DNA of 64,000 nucleotides from Candidatus Saccharimonadales bacterium (lineage in GTDB: Bacteria > Patescibacteriota > Saccharimonadia > Saccharimonadales > UBA10212): assembly GCA_049521895.1 (NCBI GenBank), contig JBEKOJ010000001.1:162717-226716 (forward strand), written 5' to 3'. Within the stretch, counting starts at the first letter, position 1. The number at the start of each line of letters is the position of its first letter. The notes beneath the pieces are model-generated. The model searched no databases and was not told where the DNA came from. It was given only the letters and a program-made list of their open reading frames with translations. This document shows, one piece after another, positions 52,221 to 60,417 of this stretch. Both the position numbers and the translations under genes were made by a program.

Positions 52221-55200
52221 TTAAGTGCCCTCCGTCATTTCATTGCTAATTTCAATCGCTTCTTCATTCAGTTCAACATCATTTACACTGGAAGGCGCTT
52301 CTTCCTCGCTGACGCCAAACTCAGTAACTACATCATCAACCGATACATCTGTAGTCGGTAGTGCGCTGCTATCAGGTAAATCCACTGTAGGTGCATGCTT
52401 GCTTTCATCCTTGATATGTTCGGCTAGCACCTGCTCAGCATCAACTACTTTGTTGTCAGCCAATAGGTCAACTTTTAGTCCTAGTCCTTGCAGCTCTTTT
52501 ACCAGCACGTTAAAGCTTTCCGGCACTTTGGGGCCTTGAATTTCAGTGCCTTTGATAATACTTTCATAGGCTTTGGCTCGACCGTAAACATCATCTGACT
52601 TAATGGTCAACATTTCCTGAAGAGTATTAGCGGCACCATAAGCTTCCAGTGCCCAAACTTCCATTTCGCCGAAGCGCTGGCCACCGTTTTGAGCCTTACC
52701 GCCCAGCGGCTGTTGGGTAACCATAGTGTAGGGGCCGGTAGAGCGGGCGTGAATTTTATCACTAACCATGTGATTGAGTTTGATGATGTACATACTTCCA
52801 ACAGTCGTACGCTCGGCAAACGCTTCACCGGTACGACCATCGTAAAGTTGCTGCTTGCCATCTTCTGGCAACCCAGCCTGTTTAAGCAGTTCCTGAATTT
52901 TCTTAATCGGTACACCGTTAAAAGCTGGACTGGCTACGTGGATGCCCAAGGCGCGAGCGGCCATACCGAGATGGGTCTCAAACAGTTGGCCGATATTCAT
53001 ACGGCTAGGTACGCCCAGCGGGTTTAAGATAACGTCTATTGGTGTACCGTTTCCGTTAAAGGGCATATCTTCAACCGGCAGGATTCGGGCTATAACACCT
53101 TTATTGCCGTGGCGTCCGCCTAATTTATCACCCACAGAAATCTTGCGCATTTGTGCCACGAAGACTTGGATTTGCATAATGACGCCGGCTTTAAGTTCGT
53201 GTCCGGAGGCACGCGAAAAGACTTTAACACCGACCACCTTGCCGTGGCGTCCGGTACTCATCCGTTGGGAAGTATCGCGAACCTCTTTGGCTTTCTCGCC
53301 AAAAATAGCCCGGAGTAGTCGTTCTTCGCTGGATAACTCTTGTTCGCCCTTAGGAGTAATTTTACCGACCAAGATGTCGCCAGGATGGACTTCGGCGCCA
53401 ATACGCACAATGCCGTCCTCGTCTAGATGCCTGAGCGACTCTTCAGATACATTAGGGATGTCGCGGGTAACAATTTCCGGGCCTAGTTTGGTCTCGCGCA
53501 CTTCAGTCATATAGTCCACGATATGGATAGAAGTAAGGGTATCGTCTTCTACCAAACGGCGGGAAATGATAATGGCATCTTCGAAGTTATAGCCAGCCCA
53601 CGGCATAAAAGCCGTTAACAGATCTTTGCCCAGAGCCAGCTCGCCACCTGCGATGCTCATGCCTTCAATGAGTATATCGCCGGCCTTTACTTTATCGCCG
53701 CTACTTACTAATACAGTCTGATTGATAGAGCTGCCCTCGTTACTGCGCACGAAGTGCTGGGGTTCATAGGCGACATTTTTACCATTTTTGTACTTGACTA
53801 TCACCTCGTCAGCGGTGGCCTTTTGAACCACGCCGTCAGCCTCAGCCTGTACTATTTGGCCGCTGTTTTGGGCGGCAATAACTTCAAAGCCAGTGCCAAC
53901 GATCGGGCTTTCAGGCTTGATAAGGGGCACTGCCTGACGCTGCTGGTTAGAGCCCATCAGTGAGCGCAACACGTAATTTTTTTCTACGAACGGTATCAGA
54001 CCGGCGCTGCTACCGATGGTCTGGGAGCGCGAAGCATCCATATGGGTGACCTCACTAGCGTCAACTTCGCCTGGAGCCAATCGGTTACGGGCACTAACAC
54101 GACTATCAATAAAATAATTATTTGCATCTATTGGGTTACCGGCGCCAGCTATTACGGCTTGCTCTTCTTCAGCAGCATCAAGATAAACAATCTTGTTAGT
54201 AACTTTAGCCTTTACCGGCCACGTGGTCTGGCTTTTATTAGCGGCCAATTTCTTAGCGGCAGCCTCAGTGATTTTAGCCCCGGCCTTAATTATGACTGTG
54301 CCGCGTTCGTTGGCTAAGTCCACAGCGGCAATATGGCCGGCGGCTTCTTTAGCGGTAACCGCATTAATAACTTTTCTGTAGGGGGTCTCAATAAAGCCGT
54401 ACTCATTAATATGGGCATAGCTGGCTAAATTAAGTACCAGGCCAATATTAGCGCCCTCTGGTGTTTCTACTGGACAGATACGGCCATAGTGTGTGGCGTG
54501 GGCGTCGCGTACTTCAAAGCCGGCGCGTTCCCTTGATAGCCCGCCTGGGCCCATGGAACTTAAGCGGCGTTTGTGGGCTAGCTCGCTCAACGGGTTGATT
54601 TGATCCATGAACTGGCTTAGCTGCGAACTAGCAAAAAACTCGCGCACGGCGGCAACTACAGGGCGGGCATTTGTGAGCTGTGCTGGTGTAACTGTCTCAA
54701 GATCAGACATACTCATACGGTCTTTAGCATTGCGCTCCATTCTAAGCAGACCGATGCGGAACTGGCGCTGCACCAGCTCGCCTACCAACTTAACACGCCG
54801 GTTAGCCAGACTATCTATCTCGTCCGCTGGTTCCTGAGTCACATTCATACGGATAATTTCGGCCACAATAGCTACGATGTCATCAATTCGCAGAACGCGG
54901 TTGTCGATAGTATTGGGGACGTCCAGATTCAGGCGCTTATTAATTTTGTAACGGCCGACACGGCCAAAATCAAAGCGCTTAAAGTTATAGAACATGTTTT
55001 CCAGTAGTGAACGAGCATTGTCTACGGTCGCCAGATCACCTGGGCGTAAGCGCCGGTAAACCTCAATTAATGCTTCGTTGGTACTTCTTGTCGGATCTTT
55101 TTCCAGTGTTGCATCGATGTAGTTAATCTGGCCTTGATCAACGTGTTTAAAGGCGTTTTTAATAGCCTCTTCAGTCATACCCAATGCGCGCAATAAGGTA

Positions 55201-55769
55201 GTAACGGCAATCTTGCGCTTGCGGTCAATTTTCACATACAGCGCGCCATTAGCGGCTGTCTCAAATTCCAGCCAGGCTCCACGCACCGGAATAATTTTTG
55301 CACCATATAAATTGGTGGTACCGTGGCCATCGGCGGTAAAAAACACGCCGGAACTACGGATAAGCTGGCTAACAACCACTCGCTCGGCGCCGTTAATTAC
55401 AAAAGTGCCGCGGCTAGTCATCCACGGATAATCCCCCAGATAAATTTCTTGTTCTTTGATTTCGCCAGTAACTTTATTAGTCAGCTCGACTGTCGCTTTT
55501 AGGGGCGCCTCATAACTCACGTTATTTTCGCGAGCTTCAGCTTCGGCCATTTTAGGGTCTTCAAAGTGATAGTCCTTGAAGACAATACTTAGTTTCGTTC
55601 CCGTGTAATCATCAATCGGGCTGATCTCTGCCAGCAGTTCGCCCAAACCTTCTTCTACGAACCAAGCAAACGAGTTGTTTTGGTGTTCCACCAGGTTAGG
55701 CGGACTTAATACATCATCTGACTTGGTAAAGTACGTGCGCTCTACACTTAAGCCCAATTTTTTGGCCAT
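52221..55769 (-). CDS. rpoB: DNA-directed RNA polymerase subunit beta
   Basis: 1182 aa with rpoB motifs (..GRHGNKGVI.., ..FGEMEVWALEAYGAA..). Confidence 0.98.
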   Translation of the reverse strand: MAKKLGLSVERTYFTKSDDVLSPPNLVEHQNNSFAWFVEEGLGELLAEISPIDDYTGTKLSIVFKDYHFEDPKMAEAEARENNVSYEAPLKATVELTNKVTGEIKEQEIYLGDYPWMTSRGTFVINGAERVVVSQLIRSSGVFFTADGHGTTNLYGAKIIPVRGAWLEFETAANGALYVKIDRKRKIAVTTLLRALGMTEEAIKNAFKHVDQGQINYIDATLEKDPTRSTNEALIEVYRRLRPGDLATVDNARSLLENMFYNFKRFDFGRVGRYKINKRLNLDVPNTIDNRVLRIDDIVAIVAEIIRMNVTQEPADEIDSLANRRVKLVGELVQRQFRIGLLRMERNAKDRMSMSDLETVTPAQLTNARPVVAAVREFFASSQLSQFMDQINPLSELAHKRRLSSMGPGGLSRERAGFEVRDAHATHYGRICPVETPEGANIGLVLNLASYAHINEYGFIETPYRKVINAVTAKEAAGHIAAVDLANERGTVIIKAGAKITEAAAKKLAANKSQTTWPVKAKVTNKIVYLDAAEEEQAVIAGAGNPIDANNYFIDSRVSARNRLAPGEVDASEVTHMDASRSQTIGSSAGLIPFVEKNYVLRSLMGSNQQRQAVPLIKPESPIVGTGFEVIAAQNSGQIVQAEADGVVQKATADEVIVKYKNGKNVAYEPQHFVRSNEGSSINQTVLVSSGDKVKAGDILIEGMSIAGGELALGKDLLTAFMPWAGYNFEDAIIISRRLVEDDTLTSIHIVDYMTEVRETKLGPEIVTRDIPNVSEESLRHLDEDGIVRIGAEVHPGDILVGKITPKGEQELSSEERLLRAIFGEKAKEVRDTSQRMSTGRHGKVVGVKVFSRASGHELKAGVIMQIQVFVAQMRKISVGDKLGGRHGNKGVIARILPVEDMPFNGNGTPIDVILNPLGVPSRMNIGQLFETHLGMAARALGIHVASPAFNGVPIKKIQELLKQAGLPEDGKQQLYDGRTGEAFAERTTVGSMYIIKLNHMVSDKIHARSTGPYTMVTQQPLGGKAQNGGQRFGEMEVWALEAYGAANTLQEMLTIKSDDVYGRAKAYESIIKGTEIQGPKVPESFNVLVKELQGLGLKVDLLADNKVVDAEQVLAEHIKDESKHAPTVDLPDSSALPTTDVSVDDVVTEFGVSEEEAPSSVNDVELNEEAIEISNEMTEGT

Positions 55770-55886
55770 GCGAAAGCAATACTCCCTGCTTTTATTTAAT
55801 AAACGCCTTAGCGAAGCCCACTACGTTCGGCGATGCAAATTGTATTTAATACAGCAAGCACCAAAGTACACTACTTCTTAGCCTAT

Positions 55887-55915
55887 ATTGTATTGATCTG
55901 GGGATAAACCGTCAA
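55887..55915 (-). promoter_or_regulatory. Sigma-70-like promoter for rpoBC (TTGACG-N17-TACAAT)
   Basis: The minus strand reads aaCTTGACGgtttatccccagatcaaTACAATata, about 115 nt upstream of the rpoB ATG. Confidence 0.5.
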
Positions 55916-55951
55916 GTTATTCTGGGAAAAAGTGTTGTAGAATATACGCTA

Positions 55952-56200
55952 GACTATCTTATTCGGAGACCGTTCACGCGCGGAGGGTGCCTCGCCTGAG
56001 CCGCTTAAACATTATAGCGTCTCCGCGGCGCACCGCACCGGCTCCACTTGGGGTATGGTGAATCTCCGAAGTAAGATAGTCGTCGCTTCCCGCAGGTAAA
56101 AGTTTGAGTAAAGCGCCAGGCGGCGCCGAGAAGCAAGCGAAACGTATTGTGATATACGTTGAGCGAGCATCGCAGGTGGCAACAATGCGATTTGCCAAAA
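55952..56200. ncRNA. G+C-rich structured intergenic element, copy X
   Basis: An 18-bp closing stem GACTATCTTATTCGGAGA (55952-55969) / TCTCCGAAGTAAGATAGTC (56063-56081) is followed by the shared module GCGCCAGGCG..AACGTAT-tgtgat-ATACGTT..GAGCGAGCATCGCAGGTGGCAAC..TGCGATTTGCCAAAA. Confidence 0.4.
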
Positions 56201-56202
56201 TT

Positions 56203-56802
56203 TTATCTGCTGGTAATCACCTTATCGACCAGGCCATATTTCTTGGCTTCTTCGGCAGTCATCCAATAGTCTCGGTCAACATCTTTTTCGATTTTACTGA
56301 CCGGCTGGCCGGTGTTTTTTGCTAAAATCTCGTTGAGTAGCCTCTTCAACCGCAGGCCTTCTTTTAGGTCAATCTCCAGGTCGCTGATTTTAGCCCGCTG
56401 GGCGGCACTACTTGGTTGGTGAATCATCACCGTAGCATGCGGTAACAGCAGTCGCTTGCTCTTGGTACCCGAACTCAGCAGGATAGCCGCCGCGCTGGCA
56501 TTAACACCGATACCGACAGTTTGAATGTCAGATTTGACAAATTTCATGGTGTCATAAATACCAAGCGCATGGTAAACGCTACCACCGGGGCTATTTATGT
56601 AAAAGATGATGTCTTTAGTCGGATCTTGGTTCTCTAGAAAAAGCATCTGGGCAACTACCAAGTTGGCTGTGTGCTCATTAACTTCGTCACCTAAGAAGAT
56701 AATGCGGTCTTTAAGCAGACGGCTATAGATATCGTAAGCCCGCTCAAAGCGCCCCTCTTGCTCAATAACGGTTGGCACTAAGATCTGTGATTTTGTGGAC
56801 AT
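56203..56802 (-). CDS. clpP: ATP-dependent Clp protease proteolytic subunit
   Basis: 199 aa with ..INSPGGSV.., the active-site region ..[11 protein letters not shown].. (Ser) and MIHQP (His). Confidence 0.96.
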   Translation of the reverse strand: MSTKSQILVPTVIEQEGRFERAYDIYSRLLKDRIIFLGDEVNEHTANLVVAQMLFLENQDPTKDIIFYINSPGGSVYHALGIYDTMKFVKSDIQTVGIGVNASAAAILLSSGTKSKRLLLPHATVMIHQPSSAAQRAKISDLEIDLKEGLRLKRLLNEILAKNTGQPVSKIEKDVDRDYWMTAEEAKKYGLVDKVITSR

Positions 56803-56810
56803 GCATATAG

Positions 56811-56838
56811 TTTATAAAAATTAGCACTCGTAAGTCAA
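56811..56838 (-). promoter_or_regulatory. clpP promoter TTGACT-N16-TATAAA, 8 nt from the ATG
   Basis: The minus strand reads cTTGACTtacgagtgctaattttTATAAActatatgcATG. The -35 box and spacer lie inside the CIRCE palindrome. Confidence 0.5.
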
Positions 56839-56847
56839 GAGTGCCAA
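56821..56847. promoter_or_regulatory. CIRCE-like inverted repeat (HrcA operator) TTAGCACTC-N9-GAGTGCCAA
   Basis: Matches 17 of 18 arm positions of the CIRCE consensus TTAGCACTC-N9-GAGTGCTAA, with exact 9-nt spacing. Confidence 0.65.
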
Positions 56848-56999
56848 CACATGTTGCAGATAGGGTTGGTCTGGGTAGGTTTAGCTTGTTTGATTTTTCC
56901 GAAGCCCTGAGCGAGATGTATCCGTTGATACATTGAGCTGGACTGGAGGAAAAAGCAGCAAGATAAGCCTGTTCCAGGCAGGCCTAGCGGTGATATGTG

Positions 57000-57030
57000 T
57001 TAGTACTCTTGGCTTGGTCAAGAGTGCCAA
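57000..57030. repeat. Degenerate second copy of the CIRCE-like element (13-nt spacer)
   Basis: TTAGTACTC-ttggcttggtcaa-GAGTGCCAA shares the exact 14-mer GTCAAGAGTGCCAA with 56834-56847. It lies directly after the tig stop. Confidence 0.45.
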
Positions 57031-57039
57031 TTTAATCGG

Positions 57040-58320
57040 TTACTTCGAGGAGTAGCCAACCAGCTTTTGGAGGACTTTCTCGGTCAGTAAGCGGGCGGCA
57101 ATATCCTGGCGGTTTTCCGGTTTATCTAATTCGGCCTGCATCTGAGGGTCTTGGTACTGGCCCTTTAGCAATTGGATCCGTACCTCCAACTCTTCAGGGG
57201 TAACTTGGACATCTTCGCGTTCAGCTATCTCGTTTAGTACTAAGCCACCCTTAACACGCTCGGTGGCCGCAGTCCGGTTGCGGTCGCGGTGCTGTTGTTC
57301 GGTTATTCCTTCTTGATCGAGGTGTTCTTGCCACGTCTGGCCGCGGTAAATCAGATTACGTTTTTCTTCCTCTTCCATACGCATAATCTGGTCGATGACC
57401 AGGCTTTCGGGAATTTCCAAGCTAGATTTTGCAACTATTGCCTGGACTAGCTGATTTTCGTAATCGCGGTTGGCGTTGGCTTGCTGCTCAGCGGCCAGTT
57501 GCTTTTTAATATCGCCCTTCAGCTCGGCGATGCTCTTAAACGGCCCAGCTTTAGTGGCAAAGGCATCATCCAGTTTAGGTTCCTCTAGCTTTGTGACTTT
57601 TTGGGCATCGACTTTAAAGGTCACGCTTTTATTCTGCAGGGCGGCCACAGCGTAGTCTTTGGGAAACTTAATGCTAAATTCTTTGGATCCGCCAGCTTTT
57701 ATACCAACTAGGTGGTTCTCAAAACCTGGGATGAAATTATTACTGCCCAGTAGCAGCGGGAAGTTTTTGCCGTCTGCGCCGGCTACTGGTTTACCAGCCG
57801 AATCTTTGCCGGCAAAATCAATAGTTACCTCGTCGCCCACTTTAGCCGGCCGGTCAACAGCTGTTCTTACCGCCGCACGTTTTTGCAGCGATGCCAGCAC
57901 CTCATTAACATCTTTAGCAATAATGCTTACTGGCTTTTTGGCCAGTTTTATCTTTGTGTAATCAGCCAATTTAATCGGTCTGATTATGTCCATTTCAACA
58001 TCGAATTCCAGCTCAGTATAGGGCACAAATTTCTTAACCTGCACGTTTGGCTGGCCAACGGGGTGGAGTTTTTCAGACCCAACCGCCCGGCGGTATAGCT
58101 CGTTTAGGGCATGCTCCATAAATTCATCCAGCAGCGCCCGCTGGTCAATGTGTTTTTCTATTACAGCCGCAGGGGCTTTGCCGGCGCGGAATCCTGGTAT
58201 TTTAGCCTCTCTGGCAAAATGGCCCAGTACGTGCCGTTTAATCGGCTCTAGATCCGTGGCGTTGCCATTGATTTTAAGCGCCGCCCTGGTCGGGCTAATA
58301 TCTGTTCTGGTTATTTGCAC
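57040..58320 (-). CDS. tig: Trigger factor (GTG start)
   Basis: 426 aa. The N-terminal ribosome-binding motif ..GFRAGKAP.., the central FKBP-like domain and the conserved tig-clpP order match trigger factor. Confidence 0.92.
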   Translation of the reverse strand: MQITRTDISPTRAALKINGNATDLEPIKRHVLGHFAREAKIPGFRAGKAPAAVIEKHIDQRALLDEFMEHALNELYRRAVGSEKLHPVGQPNVQVKKFVPYTELEFDVEMDIIRPIKLADYTKIKLAKKPVSIIAKDVNEVLASLQKRAAVRTAVDRPAKVGDEVTIDFAGKDSAGKPVAGADGKNFPLLLGSNNFIPGFENHLVGIKAGGSKEFSIKFPKDYAVAALQNKSVTFKVDAQKVTKLEEPKLDDAFATKAGPFKSIAELKGDIKKQLAAEQQANANRDYENQLVQAIVAKSSLEIPESLVIDQIMRMEEEEKRNLIYRGQTWQEHLDQEGITEQQHRDRNRTAATERVKGGLVLNEIAEREDVQVTPEELEVRIQLLKGQYQDPQMQAELDKPENRQDIAARLLTEKVLQKLVGYSSK

Positions 58321-58332
58321 GGAGTTGTCAAT

Positions 58333-59616
58333 CTATTCAGTTTTTAAGATTTTAACGACTTCTTCTTGGTCTAGTTCCAGCTCCTTGGCCGATTCCAGGT
58401 TTTTGAGCTTATACTTGCCGCTTGCCAGTTCCTGCTCGCCAATAAATAAGACGTGAAGGACACCAGACTTAACGGCACTTTTAATACACGCGTCTAACTT
58501 ACGGCCGGAGTTATCTACGGCCAGATTCAAGCCGTTCGTGCGCCAGGCGGCTAAGACTTTTTGGGCCGCACCGTAAACATCACCAACCATAACAACGACT
58601 GCGTCTATCTCGGTTGGCAGCTTGGGCAAGAGATCGTGGCCCTCCAGAAAGTTCTGCAGCGTAACATCCCCCATAGCAAATCCGATGGTTGGTACGGATT
58701 CTACGCCAAACGCCGCCACCAGACCATCGTAGCGGCCACCACCAAACATTGAGCGGTTATTATCCGGGTGCTCGTCAAAAACTTCAAAGATGATGTCGGT
58801 GTAATAGTCAAAGCCACGCATCAGGCTGATATCTTCTAGTGTGTTGCTAATGCCGCTGGCGGCCAGTAACTTTTGCAGGGCCAGCAAATTTTGGGCAGAC
58901 GGATGTTTTTGGTACTTTTCCGGCAGCTGGTCGAAGGATTTAGCTGAGAAGATTTTAATCAACTCGCGGGCTTTAGCCTCGCTGACGATCTGGGCCAGGC
59001 CTTCGCGAAACTCATCATGAGGCATCTTGGATCTGTGGTCCACAAAACGCACGATTTTTTGCAGGCGTTCATCGTCCATACCTGCGTGGTCACGCAAAAT
59101 GGCGTCCACCAGCTTGCGACTGTTGATCCGAATAGAGTAATCGTCGTGCTTAGCACCAAAAGCTTTTAGGATTGAATCCGCCACCAGAATTTCTTCGTGT
59201 TCCGCTAACAAATCGGCTACTCCGAACAAGTCCACGTTAAGCTGCCAGTGCTCACGCAGGCGGCCCTTTTGTGGCCTTTCGTAGCGCCAAACATTAGGGA
59301 TGCTGTAAAGCCTAAGCGGGTAGCTCAGTTCCTGGCGGCGGGCGGCTACCATGCGACTGACTGTAGGTGTCATTTCCGGCCTGATGGTAACCTGGCGACC
59401 ACCGCGATCCATAAAACTATAGGTCTGTTCGGCGACAATCTCTTCGCTAGATTTACTGAGATAAAGCTCTAGCGGTTCAATGATCGGTGCGTCATACTCC
59501 TGGTAGCCAAAGCTCTCAACCACCCGGCGCATCACGCCGAACATATACTTCTGCAGACGTTTGTCATCCGGATAGAAATCCCGCGCCCCCTTATATGGTT
59601 GAGTAGATAAGCTCAT
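58333..59616 (-). CDS. hisS: Histidine--tRNA ligase
   Basis: ..PYKGARDFYPDD..F.GYQEYDAPIIEPLELY.. with class II motifs (..RYERPQKGRLREHWQ.., ..GGGRYDGL..). Confidence 0.95.
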   Translation of the reverse strand: MSLSTQPYKGARDFYPDDKRLQKYMFGVMRRVVESFGYQEYDAPIIEPLELYLSKSSEEIVAEQTYSFMDRGGRQVTIRPEMTPTVSRMVAARRQELSYPLRLYSIPNVWRYERPQKGRLREHWQLNVDLFGVADLLAEHEEILVADSILKAFGAKHDDYSIRINSRKLVDAILRDHAGMDDERLQKIVRFVDHRSKMPHDEFREGLAQIVSEAKARELIKIFSAKSFDQLPEKYQKHPSAQNLLALQKLLAASGISNTLEDISLMRGFDYYTDIIFEVFDEHPDNNRSMFGGGRYDGLVAAFGVESVPTIGFAMGDVTLQNFLEGHDLLPKLPTEIDAVVVMVGDVYGAAQKVLAAWRTNGLNLAVDNSGRKLDACIKSAVKSGVLHVLFIGEQELASGKYKLKNLESAKELELDQEEVVKILKTE

Positions 59617-59626
59617 TCTTGACCTA

Positions 59627-59632
59627 ATTATA
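59627..59632 (-). promoter_or_regulatory. -10 box TATAAT 10 nt upstream of the hisS ATG (near-leaderless)
   Basis: The minus strand reads gggTTATAATtaggtcaagaATG. Confidence 0.35.
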
Positions 59633-59673
59633 ACCCAGGCTGCACATAAAAAATGATAAGATAAGACCTAAGT

Positions 59674-60417
59674 ATGGCAAAAAGTCGTAACCGTCCGCGT
59701 CAAAGTTCGCCGCTCAACTTACCCGGTGCTTTCCAGCTTTTCACACCCAGTAAGGAGATTGTGCTCAAAAATATCTGGATTTTTGGCCCACTGTACGCCA
59801 TTCCAATACTATTTTGGATACATAGCTGGATCTGGACTCCCGCTTCTTCATCCACAGGTGGCTGGTGGAGCGGATTTTATGGCCTAAACGGCAGCTGGGG
59901 CAGCAGCCCTATCGCTTCATGGGATTACGCCCGCATTGGTTTTTCAGTCTTGTGGTTTCTGATCGCCGTAGTTGCTGGTACCATCGCCCAGTTTATGGTT
60001 ACCATTGCCGCACTTGATAGCACCGAGAATAGAGCTCTGGATTTTCGGGATTTGTGGCAAACAGTTAAAAAGATCGGCTGGAGGCTAGTCGGTCTGTACC
60101 TCTTGGTTGCACTCTATGTCGTAATTGGTCTGATTCTACTGATCATCCCCGGATTAATCATGATCCGCCGTTACTACTTAGCCCCATACGCAATGATTGA
60201 CAGGAACTGCGGCATCAAAGAAGCAATGGAGCGCAGCGCCGCTATGAGCAAGCCTTATTCCGGCAGCATCTGGGGGATTATCGGGGTGATGATTCTTATC
60301 AGCTTGGTAGGTATTGTGCCGCTTATCGGCTGGTTGGCGTCATTGATCTTAGGCATGCTATACGTGGTCGCCCCAGCCCTACGCTACCAGCAACTCAAAC
60401 GACTAGCCGCGCAGTAG
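59674..60417 (+). CDS. Polytopic membrane protein, unknown function
   Basis: 247 aa with 5-6 hydrophobic segments. Its 3' end overlaps gdh convergently by 23 nt. Confidence 0.7.
   Translation: MAKSRNRPRQSSPLNLPGAFQLFTPSKEIVLKNIWIFGPLYAIPILFWIHSWIWTPASSSTGGWWSGFYGLNGSWGSSPIASWDYARIGFSVLWFLIAVVAGTIAQFMVTIAALDSTENRALDFRDLWQTVKKIGWRLVGLYLLVALYVVIGLILLIIPGLIMIRRYYLAPYAMIDRNCGIKEAMERSAAMSKPYSGSIWGIIGVMILISLVGIVPLIGWLASLILGMLYVVAPALRYQQLKRLAAQ

Noticed and set aside
55974-56198. 74-aa ORF inside element X. Related cases are 24693..24932 (minus), 24745..24927 (plus), 19240..19473 (plus) and 19313..19558 (plus), inside elements Y and Z.
   Set aside because: They arise in G+C-rich noncoding sequence, lack an RBS and have R/A/G/P-rich translations. 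The conserved feature among the three loci is a hairpin that keeps pairing while its sequence changes, not a reading frame.
55952-56200. Identity of element X as SRP RNA, 6S RNA, RNase P RNA or tmRNA.
   Set aside because: The signature motifs are absent on both strands. There is no GGAAAGUCC / ACAGAA..CGGCUUA P4 pair, no helix-8 GNRA loop with AGCA/GGAA symmetric loop, no tRNA-like tmRNA ends, and no obvious 6S central-bubble geometry.
57000-57030. Second CIRCE-like palindrome as a functional HrcA site.
   Set aside because: Its spacer is 13 nt rather than the canonical 9, and the left arm has two changes. It is more plausibly a degenerate duplicate or the tig terminator hairpin.
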